Of a DNA stretch of 64,000 nucleotides, positions 9,639 through 18,756 are shown piece by piece (positions within the stretch are counted from its first letter, which is position 1; each line of letters starts with the position of its first letter). The notes under the pieces are model-generated. The model was not told the origin of the DNA, made no database searches, and saw only the letters and a program-made list of their open reading frames with translations. The stretch spans positions 1,888,001 to 1,952,000 of the forward strand of contig OZ245040.1 of the NCBI GenBank assembly GCA_965224195.1, written 5' to 3'. This DNA comes from Nitrosopumilus sp. GTDB taxonomy: Archaea; Thermoproteota; Nitrososphaeria; Nitrososphaerales; Nitrosopumilaceae. Both the position numbers and the translations under genes were made by a program.

Positions 9639-10015
9639 TTATTTTATAATCTCTAAAATCTTTTCACTCCATTGTTTGGCTACTTTGTCTTTGAAATTAA
9701 AATTTAAAAAAGAACCTGAAATGTCCATACTCGAAGTTTTGTCATCTAATGCCGATATTCTCAAAAGATAATTCAAAGATTCTGCAAATAACAACATTGG
9801 ACGCTTATTTTTACCAAACATTGAAGACAACGATGCTGAGTGTGCCAAAAATAACAGTCGATGAGTTGTAAGGTATAGCAATCCATTTCCCATGATTCCT
9901 TTTTGATTAATCGCAAAATGACTACCTGTGTAACTGTGAATGTCTTTACTTCTGCTTGGGTCTCTAATACAATCTGTTCATTTTTTGCTAGAATTACTCC
10001 TCCCGGCATTGTCAT
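9639..10015 (-). pseudogene. PH/GRAM-like domain protein, frameshifted
   Basis: Overlapping ORFs 9773..10015 and 9639..9893 join to give LAKNEQIV...GLLYLTTHRLLF. Confidence 0.65.
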
Positions 10016-10050
10016 ATTCTAATCCCGAAATCTCTTTTTTTCATAATAAT

Positions 10051-10082
10051 ATAGTATACTAATAGTATACTAATAGTATACT
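10051..10082. promoter_or_regulatory. three tandem AGTATACT palindromes (11-bp period), putative operator
   Basis: atagtatactaatagtatactaatagtatact between divergent genes. Confidence 0.6.
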
Positions 10083-10123
10083 TTTTGATATATACATTTA
10101 GTATACCGAGAATTATTTTATGC

Positions 10124-10264
10124 GTGAAAGACGTTGAATTTGTTACCAAAGTCTCAAATATGGGTGACAAAAAGATCATAATCATTCCAAAACATTATCA
10201 TGAACTGCTAAAGAAAAGTAATCTTGTAGACACTGAAATTAATGTCATTTTAGAAAATCTTTAG
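10124..10264 (+). CDS. AbrB-like small DNA-binding protein (46 aa, not in ORF track)
   Basis: Manual translation MKDVEFVTKVSNMGDKKIIIIPKHYHELLKKSNLVDTEINVILENL. Confidence 0.65.
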   Translation: MKDVEFVTKVSNMGDKKIIIIPKHYHELLKKSNLVDTEINVILENL

Positions 10265-10615
10265 ATTCAAAATTTGTTAGAACAAAATATTGGTGAATAT
10301 TTAAAGATGAATTTATTAAAACATTCCAAATGATTAATTGACTTATATTAGTAAATTCTAAATTATTTTATGATTCAATATATTGTAGTGGGTCTTGTAG
10401 GATTGGGATTGCTTATCTTGTATCTGGTGATTAATTCTGGTATAAATCAGGCAGTTAATCCATAATCATAACAACCAAAAATTTACAATTTTAAAGCAGA
10501 TTAATTGTTCTGAATAAATTAAGATATTCAAATAAAGTTTAATTTTTTGTTGACTAGTACAATAAAATCAGCGATCAAAAAATGATTATAGTGATATTAA
10601 CACAAAGAAGTAGAT

Positions 10616-12058
10616 TTGTCTTCCAATACATTATCATCAAATCCAAAATTATTCTTTGAAAAAGGTTCCATCCGTATTGAAGATAGTAAACTAATCCGAA
10701 TCCCAAATACAAAATACGATGATAGGACCAAATCTCTCAGATCTTATGGTTTGAATTATCAAGAAATTATCGAATATCTGAAAAAAAGTGATTTGGATTT
10801 TATTGATAACGTGCCTGATTTCATACCATCTCAGGTATTTCAAATGAAAAATTTAGAACTAAGGGATTATCAACTACAAGCCATACAAAATTGGGAAAAA
10901 TCATCCATGAGAGGTTGTGTTATTTTACCTACGGGTGCTGGAAAAACTGCAATAGGAATTAAAGCAATTGAGAAAGTAAATGCGTCTACATTGATAGTAG
11001 TTCCAACAATTGATTTAATGGAACAGTGGACAAACAACATTACCAAATATCTCTCAACCGATAGTCAAAATCCTCAAGGTATTTCTGTTGGAAAATTAGG
11101 AGGAGGAGAAGATAACCTTCAGGCAATCACGGTAACAACATATGATTCTGCATATCTTCGTGCATCAACCATAGGAAATCAATTCAAATTAATAATTTTT
11201 GATGAAGTGCATCATCTGCCCGCATCTGGATACCGTTCAATTGCAGAACAATTCATTTCACCATACAGATTAGGTCTCACTGCGACAATAGAGCGAGAAG
11301 ATGAATTACATGAATTAATTCCATATCTTACTGGAGGAGTTGTGTTTCGTCTGGGGTCTCAAGAACTCTCAGACCAAAAACATTTGGCAGAATATAGCAT
11401 AGATAGAATTCAAGTAAACCTTACTCCAGAAGAACAAGAAGAATATGAGACTAATCACACAAAATTCTTGACAAATCTAAGACAGTTAGGGTTCAAGGTT
11501 CCATCAATGTACAATCTCAAACGATTAATCATGATGTCAAACAAAAACAAGATTGCAAGGGAAGCAATGCTTGCAAGAAACAAAGCAAATGAGATTGCAC
11601 TAAACAGTCAATCAAAGATAGATGAATTACAAAAAATCCTACAACAAAATAAAAATACAAAGACGATAATCTTTACACAGAATAACAAAATGGTCTATGA
11701 ACTTTCAAATAGATTTCTTATTCCATATATCACTTACAAGACAATAAAGGAAGAAAGACGAGATGTTTTGGAGGGATTCAAGTCTGGCAGATACAATGCA
11801 GTTGTCACCTCCAGAGTACTAGATGAGGGAGTAGACGTTCCTGATGCAGAATTAGGCATAATTATGAGTGGAACCGGTAGTGGACGAGAATTTATACAGA
11901 GGCTTGGCCGGATTCTAAGGCCAAAACAAGATGGCAGAAAGGCAAGGCTAATTGAACTGGTTTCAAAACACACACGAGAAACAAACACCAGTGCAAAAAG
12001 AATAACGGCACTGAACAAAAATTCTACGAATCAAGATTCATCATCCTATGGAGTGTAA
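10616..12058 (+). CDS. xpb: XPB/Rad25-like SF2 helicase
   Basis: LRDYQ, LPTGAGKT, DEVHH, GLTAT, LDEGVDVP, QRLGRILR. Confidence 0.93.
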   Translation: MSSNTLSSNPKLFFEKGSIRIEDSKLIRIPNTKYDDRTKSLRSYGLNYQEIIEYLKKSDLDFIDNVPDFIPSQVFQMKNLELRDYQLQAIQNWEKSSMRGCVILPTGAGKTAIGIKAIEKVNASTLIVVPTIDLMEQWTNNITKYLSTDSQNPQGISVGKLGGGEDNLQAITVTTYDSAYLRASTIGNQFKLIIFDEVHHLPASGYRSIAEQFISPYRLGLTATIEREDELHELIPYLTGGVVFRLGSQELSDQKHLAEYSIDRIQVNLTPEEQEEYETNHTKFLTNLRQLGFKVPSMYNLKRLIMMSNKNKIAREAMLARNKANEIALNSQSKIDELQKILQQNKNTKTIIFTQNNKMVYELSNRFLIPYITYKTIKEERRDVLEGFKSGRYNAVVTSRVLDEGVDVPDAELGIIMSGTGSGREFIQRLGRILRPKQDGRKARLIELVSKHTRETNTSAKRITALNKNSTNQDSSSYGV

Positions 12059-12103
12059 TGTGTTGTCTGACAAAATAACAAAAATAATTGGGAGTCCGTT
12101 CTA

Positions 12104-13756
12104 ATGCTTTCATCTGAATTATTACGTACCAAAATTAGTAGAGGTAAGATAACACCATTATTTTGTACTGCGAACTTTGGTAATGGTACTGATTACGAAC
12201 TTGCAAACAAACTCATTGTATTTTTTACAAATACACAAAAAGATAGACAATGTAAAGTGGAACTGTTACAAAAGATCAGATTACTTGAATCCGAATATGA
12301 TTACAAGTTAGTACGTGGGTTTTTTGCATTGTTAGAGAGGCGTTCTATTTTTGGACGATTAAACACATCATCATCTATTGCAACTCCCATACTCATAAGA
12401 CAGAAATTGTTTGAGGAATCCTCAAAGCAGGGTTTGGCTTTGTCTGATTCCCAGAGACAAGACATCATACAGAGAATCGCAGATCAGATGCATATTTCAT
12501 CAGAAAATGTTGAAACTATCATGTGGAGTGATAAAGATGAGAATTTGATATTGACACAATTTGACACCATCAATCCCAAAGATCTAATTTTATGGTATAA
12601 TCTTTCATTATTCCAAACACTTCTTTTCAAATGCACTAGATTGGAATTTTATGTAAAAGGTGGGTTGTATTGGAAACAAGTTCTGCGAAATGTTAAGAGA
12701 TATGGTCTTATGTATAATTTGGAATATTATTCAAAGGATATTTCAGATGAAGAAAAAGAAGATTCCATCAAATGTACTCTAGAAGGCCCTTTCAGTCTCT
12801 TCAAAATGACTGATAGATATGGTACATCAATGGCCAAATTATTACCCTCGATTGTAGGCACGCCCATCTGGAAAATCAATGGTTCTATAGTGAAAAAAAC
12901 AGATGATGGTCAAAAAATCTATTCATTTGAATTATCAAATGAAAGTACTAAAGAATTTCTTCGCTCAACAATAGAGTCTCCGTACCAAAATGAGAATGAT
13001 TACGTTTATGACAGTTCTACAGAAGCCACATTTGCAAAGAGATTCCAGCAACACTTTGATCAGAGTGACAAATTTGGTTGGAAAATTTCTAGAGAACCTG
13101 ACCCATTGATTGCAGATGGCAAAGCCATGATTCCTGATTTTCTTTTTGAAAGATTTGGACGTAAAGTGTATTTTGAAATTGTGGGATTTTGGACAAAAGA
13201 ATATCTTGAGAGAAAAGCTGCTAAGTTAAAAGTGCTATTTGATGATGATAACAAAAATGTTGATTTGTTGGTAGCAGTAAATTCTGAATTGGCATGTTCA
13301 CAGATTGAAACAATTTCTAAAGATAAGATTTTTACTTTTCAAAAAGATGTTTCAATCAAGCCTATTTTAGAACATTTAAAAAAAATTGATGCTGAAATAA
13401 TTGAAGAAAAGATTCACACCAAAATAAAACTTGATGAAAAAAATCTAGATTTAATTTCTATAAAACAAGTTGCTCTTGAAAATTCTCTTCCAGAGGCAGC
13501 AACATTAAAGATTCTTTTGGCGGATTATCCAGATGAGTATGTTATAGCAGGAAAATATTTGGTTTCAAATAAGAAAATCAATGTAATAGAGAAAAATATT
13601 GGTGGAATTTCAAAGTTTGTAGAGGTTTGTAAGATATTGACATCACAAAAAATCCCCGATTCATGTCATGCTGATTTACTATCAAAAATGGACTATGACG
13701 TAGTTTGGGAGAATTTGGATCCTAATCACGCCAAAATATCAAAACGTGCAGCATAA
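12104..13756 (+). CDS. bax1: Bax1 endonuclease (DUF790), XPB partner
   Basis: MLSSELLR, YNLSLFQTLL, IPDFLF..FEIVGFWTKEYL; adjacent to xpb. Confidence 0.9.
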   Translation: MLSSELLRTKISRGKITPLFCTANFGNGTDYELANKLIVFFTNTQKDRQCKVELLQKIRLLESEYDYKLVRGFFALLERRSIFGRLNTSSSIATPILIRQKLFEESSKQGLALSDSQRQDIIQRIADQMHISSENVETIMWSDKDENLILTQFDTINPKDLILWYNLSLFQTLLFKCTRLEFYVKGGLYWKQVLRNVKRYGLMYNLEYYSKDISDEEKEDSIKCTLEGPFSLFKMTDRYGTSMAKLLPSIVGTPIWKINGSIVKKTDDGQKIYSFELSNESTKEFLRSTIESPYQNENDYVYDSSTEATFAKRFQQHFDQSDKFGWKISREPDPLIADGKAMIPDFLFERFGRKVYFEIVGFWTKEYLERKAAKLKVLFDDDNKNVDLLVAVNSELACSQIETISKDKIFTFQKDVSIKPILEHLKKIDAEIIEEKIHTKIKLDEKNLDLISIKQVALENSLPEAATLKILLADYPDEYVIAGKYLVSNKKINVIEKNIGGISKFVEVCKILTSQKIPDSCHADLLSKMDYDVVWENLDPNHAKISKRAA

Positions 13757-13786
13757 CTAATTATTGTATGATTGGAGGATTGAAAA

Positions 13787-13834
13787 ATAATCGAAAATTT
13801 ACAGTATAAAAGCAACTCTGGACTTTACAGAATT
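13787..13834 (-). repeat. degenerate IS6-like right end B
   Basis: ATAATCGAAAATTTACAGTATAAAAGCAACTCTGGACTTTACAGAATT aligns with ends C and D. Confidence 0.6.
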
Positions 13835-13960
13835 GAACAACATCATGTATTAAGAACATGGGCAAGGAAAAATAATGCTCATTTTCACATACGAATTTGT
13901 AATGTTTGATTTGAGTCTAACATAATACTCGATCTAAAATTCTGTGAGGAAATGAAGTAA

Positions 13961-14927
13961 ATGTCTAGAAAAACAAAAAGTAGTTTGTAGTTATTGTAAA
14001 AAATTATTTGATAAACCAATAAGACGTATTAAAAAATGTAAAAACCATTTCTGTTTAGATGAATGTCGACTAAAATTTGAGCGTAAAGGACAACCGTATA
14101 ATAACGTTATTTGTAATTATTGTAGAAAATCTTTTCATAGAAAACCGTCATGGATTAAAAAAACAAAAAAACACTTTTGTTCAGAAATATGCAAATACAA
14201 AGGGCAGGTTAAACTTGCAAGTAAAAAATGTAAAAAATGTAAAGAATTTTTTACAGACATTCCATCTAAAATGAAAAAACGTGAGTTCTGTTCGGATTAT
14301 TGTAAATCACATTTTGAACTATTACATGGTCCATGTACTGTTTGTAAAAGAAAAGAATCCAATAAATGGCTTAAACATCCTCTTAAAAAAAATAAAACGG
14401 TTTGTACAACATGTTATCATAGAATAAAAAGTAATGCGGGCAGAAAAGGTAAATGTACAAAATGTAAAAAAACAAAATCATATCAATTCAATTATGTTGA
14501 AGGAAAACAATATTGTAAGAAATGTTATAATGAAATTTATAATACTTTAAATCAAAAAGTAAAATTAAGAGCATCACAAAAATACAATCTAAAATATTAT
14601 GATAGAACAGCTCATTATTTTCCAAATTTGACTTCGAGTCAAATGTCTTGGTTAGATAAAAGTTGGTCAAGTAACATAAAATTACAAGATGATATGAGAT
14701 GTAAGATTTGCAAAGGTTTTCCGAATTTTAGTCATCATATAATCGAAAAAGAAAAATACAAACTTTTTAGATTTTTTTCCAACAATGGAATTACATTATG
14801 TCAAATTTGCCATCATCACGTTCATGTAATTAACATGCGCATACAATTGAATTGGAATGAGATCGAGAAACAAATTAATCTAATCCAAAGGATTTTCCCA
14901 TCTTTTCATTACTTGTATTTACCTTAG
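13961..14927 (+). pseudogene. multi-Zn-finger HNH endonuclease; start codon out of frame by one base
   Basis: The frame of ORF 14271..14927 is open back to 13956 with CxxC..FCS..C repeats. ATG 13961 joins it if one A is removed near 13975-13979. C-terminal SHHI..NGITLCQICHHHVH. Confidence 0.7.
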
Positions 14928-14984
14928 ATTGAGATAAGATCATTGAAAAATCAGATGATTTTTGACAGTCTAATTATTCATAAG

Positions 14985-15029
14985 CAACCGAATTTTACAG
15001 AAAAAAGTAACCGTAGAGTTTACAGAACC
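14985..15029 (-). repeat. IS6-like right end C
   Basis: CAACCGAATTTTACAGAAAAAAGTAACCGTAGAGTTTACAGAACC. Confidence 0.8.
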
Positions 15030-15088
15030 TGTTTGAGGGTACTGTTATCCCTGACGGGGGTTGTTCCTAGTATTACCTAGCGGTTGAT

Positions 15089-15367
15089 TTATCTTAATTT
15101 GTTATTCAAATATTCGATTGCTTTTTGTGTGTCGTGATCTAATTCGATTAAAGCTAAGATTGCTTCATTTTCAGTAGAATCTGTTTTAGTCATGACAAAA
15201 GCAACATCCTCTTGCGATGGGATTAATTCAATTGAATCCGAATAAGGCTCTTCATAACCGCCATCTTTATTTGTCCATCCACTTTCAGATGGATTTTGAA
15301 TCATAATTGAAACTAAAATAATAACTGCAATTACACCAATAATGATTGGGATTATTTTTTTATTCAT
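15089..15367 (-). CDS. membrane-anchored protein with NAC-type UBA-like domain
   Basis: N-terminal TM; EDVAFVMTKTDSTENEAILALIELDHDTQKAIEYL. Confidence 0.65.
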   Translation of the reverse strand: MNKKIIPIIIGVIAVIILVSIMIQNPSESGWTNKDGGYEEPYSDSIELIPSQEDVAFVMTKTDSTENEAILALIELDHDTQKAIEYLNNKLR

Positions 15368-15500
15368 GATTAGAAAAAAATGACATTGTTTAGTAAATGT
15401 TCAAATGGTCTATTTAGTAGATTAATGATTACAACAGGGATTAATAGTGCAAAAGTATTTGTAGGATTTTTTGAATTCAAAACAATTCTTTTCAATATAA

Positions 15501-15746
15501 TTATTTATTATTTTGTTTTAATTTAGGAATTATTACTTTTCTGAAATAGTGAACTGAGAGAATTATTCCAATTGTTATGATTAGTATTGGATAAAATGTT
15601 TTAAAAAATACAAAATAGGTGTCAAGTGGACCGTTATTGATAGTGACAGTCCAAAACATTCCTCCAAGATCAGATCTTATTATTAGCAAAAGTGGAATTG
15701 TAAAAAATACTACCAATGCAATTAATATTTTTTTGAATAGTTTCAT
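15501..15746 (-). CDS. small 2-TM membrane protein
   Basis: Two hydrophobic segments. Confidence 0.55.
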   Translation of the reverse strand: MKLFKKILIALVVFFTIPLLLIIRSDLGGMFWTVTINNGPLDTYFVFFKTFYPILIITIGIILSVHYFRKVIIPKLKQNNK

Positions 15747-15760
15747 AATAAAAAAAGAGA

Positions 15761-16303
15761 TTAGGAGATTAATAAGCCTCCATTAATCCAACCTAATTGA
15801 ACACCAGTGTTGTTACCATATTCATTATCTAGGATAATGATGGTCCACAAACCAGGACCGAAATTAGAACATGATGTACTGTCAGTGCCCGTAGAAGATA
15901 ATTTCTCTGTATGGCATGCTCGACCTAAACCAGGATCTATTCCAGGCCACCAGCTAGTAAGAATATAGTGTTTCTCAGTTGTTCTATCATGATTAAATGT
16001 TACACAGTCAGACCAAGGAAATGCTCTCTCTGAGAATGTACTTGGATAACTAAATGTGGAGCTTATTGTTGCTGCACCACTGATCCAAGACTTGAAGTTA
16101 GTTACTACAGAGCCTGATACATTTTGGTTTGTACTACAATCAGTTTCAGATTGTGTGTGAGTAGTTGTTAAATTAACATCTACCGTACTATATGACATTA
16201 TAGTTGGACCATTAAATGAACTGTGAGAGTCTAAGGTTGGGATAGTTTCTACAACTTCATCGTCATATGTTGCCTCTAATTCATCAGCATAAACTAATTC
16301 TGT
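15761..16303 (-). pseudogene. secreted beta-rich protein, 5' end removed at the IS1595 boundary
   Basis: Frame is open from 16198 up to 16303 (..LVYA-DEL..) with no start or signal peptide. Confidence 0.6.
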
Positions 16304-17165
16304 CTAATTATTGGACAAAAGAATCAACTTAATTGAGTTATCCAAAATAGTTTCAACTAAATCAACATCGTTAGAATTTCTGTGTAAAAGATTCAACAGT
16401 ACAAATTCTGTATGTTGTCCCAAGTGTGATTCTGAAAAACATTATCTGATGAGTAGGGGAAATCTGAGATGTGGTAAATGCAAGACAAACTACAAGCCAT
16501 TTTCAAACACACAATTTGACAAAATCAATATCGATTATTCAAAATGGTTGGTTCTAATCAAACTCTTTGAACTTGGAATTAGTGCAAGACGTGCAGCAAG
16601 AGAAGTTGGCATCAGTTATCCTACTGCATTGCATTCTTTTGATGTAATGAGATTTTCAATCTTGGAGGAACAATCCAAAACAGATGATATTCTAAAGGGT
16701 CAAATTGAGGCTGATGAGGCATATTTTGGAGGAAAAAGGAAGGGAAATCGTGGTAGAGGCGCAAAAAACAAAACTATCGTTTTTGGAATTTTGGAGAGGA
16801 ATGGAAAGGTTCACGTTGAGATTGTAAAGATTGTAAAGGCAAAAACTTTGCTTACAAGTACCATCAAGAAAGTAAAGAAAGAAGGCATCGTGTACACTGA
16901 CAAGTGGAGAGGATATGATTCTCTAATTTTCAACGGATACAAACATCTCTCAGTTGATCACAGCAAGATGTTTGGTAAAGGTGATGTGTACATAAACGGC
17001 ATTGAGGGATTTTGGAGTTTTGCAAAAGAGAACATGGCAAAGCATCATGGAGTAAGTCCAGGAAAGTTTCTGTTATACATTAAAGAGATGGAATGGAGAT
17101 ACAACAACAGAGATGAGGATACTTTCTCATTATTGCTAGATTATATGTTGGGGGTAAATAATTGA
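16304..17165 (+). mobile_element. IS1595-family insertion sequence (ends approximate)
   Basis: Transposase bounded by CTAATTATT / AATAATTGA imperfect inverted repeat; no target duplication visible. Confidence 0.65.
16311..17165 (+). CDS. IS1595-family (ISXO2-like) transposase
   Basis: CPKC..CGKC ribbon; IEADEAYFGG, RGRGA, VYTDKWRGY, INGIEGFWS, YIKEMEWRYNNR. Confidence 0.95.
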   Translation: MDKRINLIELSKIVSTKSTSLEFLCKRFNSTNSVCCPKCDSEKHYLMSRGNLRCGKCKTNYKPFSNTQFDKINIDYSKWLVLIKLFELGISARRAAREVGISYPTALHSFDVMRFSILEEQSKTDDILKGQIEADEAYFGGKRKGNRGRGAKNKTIVFGILERNGKVHVEIVKIVKAKTLLTSTIKKVKKEGIVYTDKWRGYDSLIFNGYKHLSVDHSKMFGKGDVYINGIEGFWSFAKENMAKHHGVSPGKFLLYIKEMEWRYNNRDEDTFSLLLDYMLGVNN

Positions 17166-18420
17166 TAATCACCTCAGTTATTATCAGAATGTAGTTGAAC
17201 CTGACAATCTATCCACATGGTCTCCTCTAGAAGTACATAAGTCTAGTTATGGCAGGAATTATTTTAAAACAACAACAAATATTCTTTCACCTGGTGAATA
17301 TACTGCAATAATCTTCAATGAAAATACTGAAATCAAGAAGAATTTTACCATATTAGATTCTAAATGCTGTAGGCCACTTTCTGTTAGTGTTGAAAGACCA
17401 AGTGCATATTTGCCAGGAGAAGAATTTCAAATTTTTGTACAATCAACCCCAAATACCGAACTTGTTTTTAATTTAATTGATCCTGATGGGAAAATTTCTA
17501 AAACTAGAGATATAATGACAAATCAAATAGGTGAAATTGATTGGCAATATTTTACCCTCTCAAGAATTGCTACACCTGGAATATGGACATTTGAAGTAAC
17601 CGATGGGAATCATTTTGATTCTGTTCCACTAATTGTTACTCCAACACCTGATGACTTAATCAAAAAATCATCAACTGAAACAGAAATACAAACATCATAT
17701 GATGATATTCTGACAAATAAAGAACCAACACAGAGCATTCTTCTTACATCATCTCTTGAACCCTTTATTGATGATGGCAGAGAAAGACAAATTGCCACGT
17801 TACACCGTGGTGGACCCCCTCAATTCCAATATTTGCAAATTATGGATTCTTACAAAGCAGGATTTGATGTCAATGACAAAGGAATTGTCATATATACTGA
17901 AACTCCTCATGAGAATTATTCTTTAAATCATAAACGAGGATTTTATCTTGAAGATTGGTTGCCAGACAAAATTCCAGACGGTCAAAAATTATTGTATGCA
18001 ATAACGGGTTGTGATACTGAGAAAATAAATGAAAGCATCTATGAATCTTATTATGCAGGATATACTTTTGTTCCCAGTTATTTTGTATTGAATGAAAATG
18101 TCACCCAGTATGATTTGTATTATGGAGAAGGATTTACTATTCATATAACATATGATGATTTACAAGATGAAATCGAGAACATTATTGAAGAATCAAAAGA
18201 AAGATTTGCTGAAACATATAAAGGATATGGAGGATATCATGAAATGATGCGAGATGGAAAATCAGTACTTGTATTTGATGGTGGACATCATTATGATCAT
18301 GAACATGCACGTATATTTTGGATTTTTGATGATAAATTTAGCATATCTGTGCATTCCTATTACTACACACTTGATGAGTTAATTCCAATCTTTGAGAGCA
18401 TAATGAATGAAGCTGTTTAG
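17166..18420 (+). pseudogene. cell-surface protein with Ig/MG2-like domain, 5'-truncated at the IS1595
   Basis: The frame of ORF 17410..18420 is open back to the IS end; LIDPDG...PGIWTFEVTDG; no signal peptide. Confidence 0.65.
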
Positions 18421-18440
18421 AAAACTAATATTGATTATCA

Positions 18441-18487
18441 GTAACCGATCTTTACAGAAAAAAAGCAACCCTAGAGTTTACAGAACC
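18441..18487 (-). repeat. IS6-like right end D
   Basis: GTAACCGATCTTTACAGAAAAAAAGCAACCCTAGAGTTTACAGAACC, very similar to end C. Confidence 0.8.
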
Positions 18488-18533
18488 TGTTTAAGAAATT
18501 GATCGTGAAATAATAAAAATATTCTAAAATAGA

Positions 18534-18716
18534 CTAACGTCTCTTTCTTCTTTGTCCAGGTTTGTTTTGACCAGGGTATCTACCTAGAACAAATCGTTTA
18601 TTGTAGTTACTTTTGTTACCAACACTAGAACTAGTACCTACAATCTTTCTGCCTTCAACTTTAGGGGTTTGTCCTCGTACTTTACCTGCTTTGGTAAGTG
18701 AACCGTGTGTTGCCAT
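18534..18716 (-). CDS. rps30e: 30S ribosomal protein S30e
   Basis: HGSLTKAGKVRGQTPKVE. Confidence 0.97.
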   Translation of the reverse strand: MATHGSLTKAGKVRGQTPKVEGRKIVGTSSSVGNKSNYNKRFVLGRYPGQNKPGQRRKRR

Positions 18717-18756
18717 GATTAGAATGAAGAATTAGTGAATTTATGTATTTGGATGA

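Larger units (their letters stand above)
15038..18487. mobile_element. non-autonomous or composite IS6-like cargo element
   Basis: Begins GGTACTGT and ends ACAGAACC; flanked by TGTTTGAG (15030-15037) and TGTTTAAG (18488-18495). Confidence 0.6.
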
